From assembly GCA_041946805.1 (NCBI GenBank), contig JBHGBC010000185.1:1-10967 (forward strand): a stretch of DNA of 10,967 bases, read 5' to 3'. The translations under genes were made by a program, and so were the position numbers. The DNA comes from a bacterium. Lineage in GTDB: Bacteria; Hinthialibacterota; Hinthialibacteria; Hinthialibacterales; Hinthialibacteraceae. Below the pieces are notes generated by a model that did no database searches, was not told the DNA's origin, and worked only from the letters and a program-made list of their open reading frames with translations. Shown here in pieces: positions 1-6,361 of this stretch. Each line of letters opens with the position of its first letter. Position 1 is the stretch's first letter.

Positions 1-7
1 ACACCAA

Positions 8-116
8 GGTCCGTCCCTACAAAAATACCCTCACCCTGGCCCTCTCCCAAAGGGAGAGGAAATTTTAGGCATGGTTCGCTCCTACAAGAATACCCCCACC
101 CTGGCTCTCGATGGGA
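8..116. repeat. Two tandem composite REP-like units (GTAG-type end + CCCTCACCC..CCTCTCCC/GGGAGAGG hairpin), period 65 bp
   Basis: 8-40 (ggtccgtccctacaaaaataccctcaccctggc) vs 73-105 (ggttcgctcctacaagaatacccccaccctggc): 28/33 identical. The first unit carries a perfect hairpin CCTCTCCC-aaa-GGGAGAGG (41-59); the second hairpin is decayed. CCTAC reads GTAGG on the minus strand, as in GTAG-family REPs. Confidence 0.7.
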
Positions 117-182
117 AGAACAGGATACACTATCTCCACCGCCAGCATTTTACGCCATCGACCGCTCCGAAAGGATACGTCC

Positions 183-1463
183 ATGTTCCAATCCAACCGC
201 CGCGCTTTTTTGGGAACCGCCGCCGCGGCCGCCCTGACCGCCCGCCGTCTCACTTTGGCCGCTTCCGAAAACCGCCCGCTCCGCATGGGATTGATCGGCT
301 GTGGTTGGTATGGGAATGTTGATCTCAAGGCCGCCCTGCAGGTGGGAGGCGTCGAATTCATCGCGCTTTGCGATGTGGACAGTGATCACCTCGAGTCCAC
401 CGCCAAGGAAACCGCCCAATTGCAAGGCGGCAAGACGCCCCAAATCTTCAAGAATTACCAGGATCTCCTGGACGTGCCTGGCCTGGAAGCGGTGATCATC
501 GCCACTCCGCCGCATTGGCACGCCCTGCATTTTCTCGCCGCCCTCGAAAAAGGGCTCGACATCTACTGCGAGAAGCCCTTGGCGTACGATATCCGCGAGG
601 GCCGGGCCATGGTCAATGCCGCGAAAAAGTCCGATCGGATCATCCAAATCGGTTTTCAACGCCGGCAAAGCCAAGCCATCCGTGCGGTCCGTGACTATAT
701 CCAATCCGGGAGGGCCGGGAAAATCGTCCAGGCCGATGCCCAGATCCACTACACCGCCGGCCTCGCCGATCCCACTCCCCAGGATCCCCCGGCCTCGTTG
801 GATTGGGACCTCTGGTGCGGGCCCGCGCCGAAGATCCCCTACAGCCCGCAGGTCGGCCATTTCAACTGGCGGCTGGAAAAGACCACCGGCCACGGCCATC
901 TCGTCGATTGGGGGATCCACCTGATCGACACCGCCCGCTACGTCCTGGGTGAAACCGTTCCCCGCGCCGTGACGGCCGCCGGCGGGCTTTATCAATTCCA
1001 AGGGAAAATCACCACGCCCGACACCCTGACCGCCCATTTCGAGTTCGATTCATGCCCCGTAGTCTGGCGGCACCGGATCTGGGGGGCCGCCGAGTTCAAT
1101 CCCGAAGTCAACAACGGGGTCTTTTTCTTTGGAGAGAAGGCCACCGTATTCGTCACCGATCAGCAATGGATCGTCATTCCCCGGGATCCTAAACAAAACC
1201 GGACGGTCCAAACGATCGACACCGACATGGGCAGGAACCACATGGCGAACTTCCTCGAAGGCGTCCGCGCGCGCCAACAACCCAATTGCCCCATCGAGGA
1301 CGGCTACCAGTCCACCGTGACCGTCCAGTTGGCCATGATCGCGTATGAATCCGGCGTCAACGTCGCCTGGGACCGGGCGGCCGAAAGCGTTTCGGATCCG
1401 CGCGCCGCTCAACTTCTGAAACGCGAATACCGCGCTCCCTGGAAACACCCGTACACGGGATAA
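183..1463 (+). CDS. Gfo/Idh/MocA-family NAD(P)-dependent oxidoreductase with twin-arginine (Tat) signal peptide
   Basis: Start moved from 111 to ATG 183 (AAGGA SD at 171-175; N-terminus MFQSNRRAFLGTAAAAAL = Tat motif). Motifs: Rossmann IGCGWYG, IATPPHWH, YCEKP, GFQRR, WDLWCGPAP, DWGIHLID, C-terminal REYRAPW. Confidence 0.93.
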   Translation: MFQSNRRAFLGTAAAAALTARRLTLAASENRPLRMGLIGCGWYGNVDLKAALQVGGVEFIALCDVDSDHLESTAKETAQLQGGKTPQIFKNYQDLLDVPGLEAVIIATPPHWHALHFLAALEKGLDIYCEKPLAYDIREGRAMVNAAKKSDRIIQIGFQRRQSQAIRAVRDYIQSGRAGKIVQADAQIHYTAGLADPTPQDPPASLDWDLWCGPAPKIPYSPQVGHFNWRLEKTTGHGHLVDWGIHLIDTARYVLGETVPRAVTAAGGLYQFQGKITTPDTLTAHFEFDSCPVVWRHRIWGAAEFNPEVNNGVFFFGEKATVFVTDQQWIVIPRDPKQNRTVQTIDTDMGRNHMANFLEGVRARQQPNCPIEDGYQSTVTVQLAMIAYESGVNVAWDRAAESVSDPRAAQLLKREYRAPWKHPYTG

Positions 1464-1498
1464 AGGGGCATGAGTTGACAGACATGGGTTTACAGACA

Positions 1499-1538
1499 AT
1501 AAAAAAGGCACGGGCGCGCGGCCACGCGTCCTGCCTTT
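1499..1538 (-). terminator. Intrinsic terminator between convergent oxidoreductase and rnk (best U-tract on minus strand; possibly bidirectional)
   Basis: AAAGGCA-c-GGGCGCG-cggcca-CGCGTCC-TGCCTTT hairpin (1504-1538). On the minus strand it ends in TTTTTTATT; on the plus strand it ends in TTT. Confidence 0.7.
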
Positions 1539-1596
1539 CCATCTATCCGGTATCCTCCTCTGAACTTGAAGTGAATAATCGGGAGAAGGTGACTCC

Positions 1597-2058
1597 TTAC
1601 CGTTGCAGTTCGCCCGCCGCTTCCGGTTGATATACCAGTTCCTGAATGCGGTATTGCCGGATGCCGGAGGGGACTTTCACATCCACGACCTCCCCCACCC
1701 GGTACCCGATCAAGGCGCAGCCGATGGGCGAGAGCACGGAGATTTTGTTTTGATCGATGTTGGCCTCATAGGGATACACCAGCGTGTACACCGATTCGTC
1801 CCGGGTTTGCAGATCCAGCAGGCGCACGGTGGAATTCATGGTGACCACATCGTCTTCGATTTCCTCGGGCGCGACCACCACGGCCCGCCGCAATTCGCTT
1901 TCCAGGTTGTTGACATACCCGGCCATGCGGGCGTCCCCCTGCAAGCGGTAATTTTGTATGTGTTCCTTGATCCGGAGATAGTCCATCTCCGAAAGCACAA
2001 TTCCACCGTTTTTACGCTCCCGCGCGGTTTTCATCTTGACGTTGGTTTTGCTTTTCAT
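1597..2058 (-). CDS. rnk: Regulator of nucleoside diphosphate kinase Rnk (GreA/GreB family, short coiled coil)
   Basis: Motifs: LESELRRAVVV, DVVTMNSTV, YTLVYP, KISVLSPIGCALIGYRVG, VPSG, YQPEAAG. Start placed at ATG 2058, which has a strong AGAAGGAGA SD. Confidence 0.92.
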   Translation of the reverse strand: MKSKTNVKMKTARERKNGGIVLSEMDYLRIKEHIQNYRLQGDARMAGYVNNLESELRRAVVVAPEEIEDDVVTMNSTVRLLDLQTRDESVYTLVYPYEANIDQNKISVLSPIGCALIGYRVGEVVDVKVPSGIRQYRIQELVYQPEAAGELQR

Positions 2059-2102
2059 GATCCGATTCTCCTTCTGGTGTAGGCTGCATCGCGCCAGAGG
2101 CT

Positions 2103-2204
2103 GAATAAAAACCTCCCAGGTCCATGTATGAAATAAAAACACCTTCACCGCTTCGAAATCCTCGATGAAGACTCGTCTTCTTCCATGAGCGGGTGCTTCC
2201 GCTC
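2103..2204 (-). terminator. Terminator/attenuator-like hairpins with U-tracts between tetR-rnk and rnk
   Basis: Minus-strand stem CUUCAUCG/CGGUGAAG (2170-2163 with 2150-2143) followed by GUGUUUUUAUUU. A second short hairpin ACCU-GGG-AGGU is followed by UUUUAUU (2121-2104). An upstream hairpin GAGCGG/CCGCUC lies at 2204-2187. Confidence 0.5.
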
Positions 2205-2231
2205 TATGTCTCAGGGTACGTTCAATTGGGC

Positions 2232-3314
2232 TTACAAGTGATAGTCCCCGGCCGCCTCGGGTTGGTACAACACTTCCTCGACTCGATACCGCCTGGCCTC
2301 CTTCTCATCGGTGAAAGTGAAACAATCCCCGCTCCGGTAGCCGATCATGGCCGTCCCCAACGGTGACAAAATGGATACCTGATCCGGTTCCTTCGCGTCC
2401 ACGGGAAACACCAGGGTATGGATGAACCATTCGCCCGATTGCAGATCGAGCAGCCGGGCCCGCGAGTTCATCGTGATCACATCCGGCGGGACCTCGCGCG
2501 AATGGACGATCTTGGCCCGGTTCAGTTCTTTCGCCAGGTTTCTTAGATGTTGATCCGAATATCCCTGGCTGAACGATCGATACACGATGATCAAGTCGGT
2601 CAACCGCGCCAGGTCGTAGCGGGTGATATGAATTTGCTTCGTTTCCGTATCCCTTGAGGAAGACGGATTGTTCCCGCCGTGCGCTTCATCCATCTTCATC
2701 GAATCGATCCACACCCGTTTCATGAACTGCATGATCCGGGCCAACGACCGGGCCGGACCTGTAACCGTCCCGAAACCCATGAAGGCGTTGATGAATCCCT
2801 CGAAACTCAAGGCCAGATAGAACGCATAGTACTCCTGGATGCCTTCCGGACCGATGGTTTCACGAAAAAACTCGCCCAGCCGCTCGATATAGGAGTAATA
2901 GGAATCGAACACCTCCCGCGGTAACTGATTGAAATCCGGAGACAACGCCGGATCATGGTGCGAAAACAGTTGAAAAAACAATTGGTACCGTTCGTAGTTG
3001 GCGATCCGCAACCGGATCAGCCGTTCCATCGTCTCCTCGGCGGTCCCGTGACTGAATACCTCATCCCATAACCGTTTCAACAAGTCACGGGCGAGTACCA
3101 GCAGCACTTCCGCATAGAGACGCTCCTTGCTGCCGATGATGTTGTAGATCGTACCCACCGCCACACCGGCGCCGCGCGCGATTTCTTCCGCCGTCGCCAG
3201 GTGGTATCCCTTTTTCCGAAAGATCCGTTCCGCCGCTTGAAGAATTTCCTCCCGGGTCTGTTCCCGGACTCTTCGTTTGCGCGGCAGGCAGGACGCGTTC
3301 GGAGGAGAGGGCAT
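2232..3314 (-). CDS. TetR/AcrR-family transcriptional regulator fused to a C-terminal Rnk (GreA/GreB-family) domain
   Basis: N-terminal TetR HTH (TREEILQAAERIFRKKGYHLATAEEIARGAGVAVGTIYN..SKERLY), helical ligand domain, polar linker (EAHGGNNPSSSRDTET), then a 135-aa Rnk domain from 2639 (ITRYDLARL, ELNRAKIV, DVITMNS, TLVFP, SILSPLGTAMIGYR, YQPEAAG). ATG 3314 is preferred (AGGA 7 nt upstream); ATG 3335 is the alternative. Confidence 0.9.
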   Translation of the reverse strand: MPSPPNASCLPRKRRVREQTREEILQAAERIFRKKGYHLATAEEIARGAGVAVGTIYNIIGSKERLYAEVLLVLARDLLKRLWDEVFSHGTAEETMERLIRLRIANYERYQLFFQLFSHHDPALSPDFNQLPREVFDSYYSYIERLGEFFRETIGPEGIQEYYAFYLALSFEGFINAFMGFGTVTGPARSLARIMQFMKRVWIDSMKMDEAHGGNNPSSSRDTETKQIHITRYDLARLTDLIIVYRSFSQGYSDQHLRNLAKELNRAKIVHSREVPPDVITMNSRARLLDLQSGEWFIHTLVFPVDAKEPDQVSILSPLGTAMIGYRSGDCFTFTDEKEARRYRVEEVLYQPEAAGDYHL

Positions 3315-3324
3315 GGATTGATCC

Positions 3325-3358
3325 TGAGTGATCATTCAATAAATGAATCTATATTCAT
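3325..3358. promoter_or_regulatory. Two tandem TetR-type operator palindromes TGA(A/G)T-N4-ATTCA
   Basis: TGAGT-GATC-ATTCA at 3325-3338 and (A)TGAAT-CTAT-ATTCA(T) at 3343-3358, 19 bp apart, immediately downstream of the -10 box of the tetR-rnk promoter. Confidence 0.7.
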
Positions 3359-3387
3359 ATAATACTAAACCGGGATGAATGTGTCAA
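3359..3387 (-). promoter_or_regulatory. sigma70-type promoter of tetR-rnk
   Basis: Minus strand TTGACA (3387-3382), 17 bp spacer, TATTAT (3364-3359), in an AT-rich island of a GC-rich window. Confidence 0.8.
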
Positions 3388-3474
3388 GTGGAGGATGAGG
3401 AGGATTAATCCTTTATTATCCCGATGATCCTGTGCCTCCCGGCCATCCGGATTCAGACCATCAAATCCATCGGA

Positions 3475-5271
3475 TCATTGGCACACCACGCGGAGGGAAC
3501 GGTTGCCAGCGGTAATGTCCAACGAGCGGTCCGCGTCGTCCAATCCGCTGAACTCCGTCAAGCATATGTCACCCTCACCATACGAAGTCACCGCAAAGAA
3601 TAAGGAGACGATCGCGTCCGCCTGGTCCTGGCACGCGCCGGCCTGCTCCGCCTCGATCCATTGGCGCTCCAAGCCTCCTTGCCGGTTGGCCAGGGAAGGC
3701 AGATCGAACCGGGGAAGCACGCGCGCGTCGTCCCGCCACGCCGCTCCCGGCGTCATGCCCAGAAATTTCAGAAAAACGTTGGGAAATCGAAATCCGAACT
3801 CGAAGGAACGGATCCGGCTGCCGTTTTCCACCACGATATCCGCACGGATAACCTCACCGGGTTTCACCGTCCGTTCCTCGATGGTCCGCGTCGCCTCGTC
3901 GATCGACCAGGCCAGGTCCAATTGTGGCTGGACCGGCGTAATCACCACCGTGCAGGAATTCACGACCTGGGCCGGCCGGTCAACGCTTTCCAGCGAAGCG
4001 TCCCGGAAATAGAACTCGGTCAATTTCAATACCGTGACCGCCGCGGTCACGCCCTTCACCGGCGACGCCATCAGTTTCACCAGCTCTCCTCCCCCGTTCA
4101 CGCCTTCGTACGGAAAAAACGCGCCCCCGCCCCGCAGCGAAAAACTGCCGCCTTGCGGATCCACCGAAATATCGATCGGCGCGCCCCGCATGGACCGTTC
4201 CCACCAGGATCCCAAACCCGGTTCCAAGGTTACGGCTCCTGGATCGTATTCCAATTGCGCGTAAAAGCCCGTGAGCTGCTCCGCGTTTTGGATGTCGATG
4301 GAAATGGGTTTGCGCGGCCCTTCGGGATCGAGCAGGATCACCTCCGGGTGGAACGATACGCGGGTATGCAAACCCGGCGGATCCCACCGCGGGATGACGT
4401 CTCCCGGGATGATTTCCAAATCCACCGCTTCGAGGGGCGCCAGCGGCTCGGAAGTGAGGACCGGGGGCGCGCCGCCGAACGCGTGGATCACCCCGAAGAC
4501 ATCCAGCAGGTAAAAACCGTGGCCGTCCGGGGGAACTTCCAGGTCACAAACGAGTCCTTCCCCCAGGTCGGGATCGTCATGGATGAGAACCGCCTGGTTT
4601 TGAGTGACTTCGTAGACTTTTCCCTTGCGGGTCAGGACGTAAAAGCCGGGGGGAGCGGTTTCGAGATCGATGGCGGTATCGTTCTCGAGTTGGATGGGCT
4701 GAAACGCCGTGTATTCCCGGCGGCCGCAGAGGGAAAGCGCTCCATTTTCATGAATAACCGCGAGTTGTTGCCGCCGGAGGTCGTATTCCAAGTCCGCGAT
4801 CGGGCTGCCTTGGTCGAACGAGGGGAAGACCAGGGGGGGCGGGCTGCCGATTTTTTTGATGTAATTGGCCGCCGCGATCCACCCGCCCGGGACCTCGGGC
4901 GCTATGGCCAGGCCCCGCGCGCCGCGGATCGATCCCCATGAAGTGTAGGGCATTTTCGCGTCTCCCAGGGGCAATACCCGGCCGTTGGCGGTCAACTGGT
5001 ATCCTCCCCCGGGAACCACTTCGAGATCGATGATGGGATACGCCACATTTTCAGGATTGGGACGCACCGCCACCGGCGTGGAGGCTTCCTGGTTGGCATT
5101 TAGAGAGATACCGGCGATCCCTCCCCATTTGCTTTGGATGAGAAAAACCATGCCCTGGGACCCGCCTCCCCACACGGCGGGATCCAGCAGCAGAACCATA
5201 CACATCCCCAGGCCCAGGTTCCTCAAGGCCGGCCGGCCGTCGAGGCGCGCCAGGAGTCTTTTTCGCCGCAT
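3475..5271 (-). CDS. Exported protein: beta-propeller-like repeats plus two cohesin-like beta-sandwich domains
   Basis: Basic/hydrophobic signal peptide (MRRKR...LGLGMCMVLLLDPAVWG). About six repeats of the type [AI]xDLE..P.G.G[FY].L...G.[VI] (~5130-4400). Cohesin-like segments ISIDIQNAEQLTGFYAQLEYDP...GGGELVKL (~4368-3935) and VKPGEVIRADIVVEN..IRSFEFGFRF...IVSLFFAV (~3870-3478). Start is ATG 5271 or GTG 5298. Confidence 0.75.
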   Translation of the reverse strand: MRRKRLLARLDGRPALRNLGLGMCMVLLLDPAVWGGGSQGMVFLIQSKWGGIAGISLNANQEASTPVAVRPNPENVAYPIIDLEVVPGGGYQLTANGRVLPLGDAKMPYTSWGSIRGARGLAIAPEVPGGWIAAANYIKKIGSPPPLVFPSFDQGSPIADLEYDLRRQQLAVIHENGALSLCGRREYTAFQPIQLENDTAIDLETAPPGFYVLTRKGKVYEVTQNQAVLIHDDPDLGEGLVCDLEVPPDGHGFYLLDVFGVIHAFGGAPPVLTSEPLAPLEAVDLEIIPGDVIPRWDPPGLHTRVSFHPEVILLDPEGPRKPISIDIQNAEQLTGFYAQLEYDPGAVTLEPGLGSWWERSMRGAPIDISVDPQGGSFSLRGGGAFFPYEGVNGGGELVKLMASPVKGVTAAVTVLKLTEFYFRDASLESVDRPAQVVNSCTVVITPVQPQLDLAWSIDEATRTIEERTVKPGEVIRADIVVENGSRIRSFEFGFRFPNVFLKFLGMTPGAAWRDDARVLPRFDLPSLANRQGGLERQWIEAEQAGACQDQADAIVSLFFAVTSYGEGDICLTEFSGLDDADRSLDITAGNRSLRVVCQ

Positions 5272-5300
5272 GGAATGGTTTCCGCGGATTCTGTTCACGT

Positions 5301-6308
5301 TCAGGTGATTTCCCCCCGGACGATCCGTTGTTCCAAATCTGTCAAGACCAATTGCTTGACGCTGGTAATATCCCCCGCGACCGTGGCGCCGGCGGCCTGC
5401 TTGTGTCCCCCGCCCCCGAAACGAAGCGCCGATTCCACCACGCTGTTCTCCCCCAGGGTCCGCCAGCTGACCTTGATAGTCCGGTCTTTCTCCTCGCGGA
5501 GATAGACGCCCACGCGCACTCCTTCCACCGCCTTGACCAGATCGACAAAGCCATCGTCGTCCGATTCATCGGCTCCATAGGCCTCGAACATGGCCCGCGT
5601 CGTGTGCATAAGGCCGACCTTTCCTTGGAAAAACACCTCCAGATTACTGAACGCCTGCGACAACAACCGGATCCGGGCGAAACGGAGTGTGCCGTACACG
5701 GGCTTGTGCACCTGGTCGGGCCGCACGCCCGCCCGCAGGCATTCGGCGGCGATGAAGTGCGTCTCCTCGGTGGTGTTGGGGAGATGGAAATTCTGGGTAT
5801 CGACGATGAGGCCCAAGTAGATCGGTTCGGCCAGGCCGAAGGTCAGTTCCATATCCAGATAGCGCAGAAACCGGTAGATCATGACCGTCGTGGAAGGCGA
5901 GTGGACATCGACGATCTTGAGCCCGTGGAACTCATTTTGGGGAAGGTGATGATCGATGCAGATTTTCGGTCCGGGATGTTGCCGCATGAGATCCCCGGCG
6001 CGTCCCAGCCGGTACCATTCGCCCGCGTCCACCATCACCATCACTTCGCGGTTGGGAAGCGTGGGAGCCCGGGAATCGAGGATCTGGATTTCACCGGAGG
6101 AGAAAAAACTGGCGTACAGGCGCCCCGGATCTTCGTCCATCACGCAGACGGCGTCTTTTCCGAGACGTTCCAGCAGCCGCCGCATGGCCAGGGCCGAGCC
6201 GATCGCGTCACCGTCCGGGCGGATATGGCTGGAGATCAAGAATCGGTCATGCGCCGCGATCAAATCCGCCAGCGGGGCCCATATTTCTCTGTCTGCGTTC
6301 TTGGGCAA
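5301..6308 (-). CDS. nrnA: DHH/DHHA1 phosphoesterase, bifunctional oligoribonuclease/pAp phosphatase NrnA-like
   Basis: Motifs: SSHIRPDGDAIGS, MVDAG, IDHH, LIVDTQNF, KVSWRT, FGGGGHKQAAG. Real start inferred at TTG 6308 with GGAG 7 nt upstream (335 aa); the ORF-track extension to 7106 overlaps the next gene. Confidence 0.88.
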   Translation of the reverse strand: MPKNADREIWAPLADLIAAHDRFLISSHIRPDGDAIGSALAMRRLLERLGKDAVCVMDEDPGRLYASFFSSGEIQILDSRAPTLPNREVMVMVDAGEWYRLGRAGDLMRQHPGPKICIDHHLPQNEFHGLKIVDVHSPSTTVMIYRFLRYLDMELTFGLAEPIYLGLIVDTQNFHLPNTTEETHFIAAECLRAGVRPDQVHKPVYGTLRFARIRLLSQAFSNLEVFFQGKVGLMHTTRAMFEAYGADESDDDGFVDLVKAVEGVRVGVYLREEKDRTIKVSWRTLGENSVVESALRFGGGGHKQAAGATVAGDITSVKQLVLTDLEQRIVRGEIT

Positions 6309-6361
6309 GTGGAGACTCCGTTTCAAAAAGAAGTGTTTGATTTTGTGTGCCCCCGGATTTC

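Noticed and set aside
8..116. Possible CRISPR array (33-bp repeat, 65-bp period)
   Set aside because: Only two imperfect copies are visible, the 'spacer' is itself a REP hairpin partly echoed in the second unit, and there are no cas genes in the window.
111..182. Longer start for the oxidoreductase
   Set aside because: ATG 111 lies inside the repeat; ATG 183 has an SD and puts the Tat motif at the N-terminus.
150..1511. Minus-strand ORFs 150-1037 and 1050-1511
   Set aside because: Antisense to the oxidoreductase; no family features.
2059..2148. Longer start for rnk (ORF to 2148)
   Set aside because: It runs through hairpin/U-tract sequence, and the strong SD sits at 2058.
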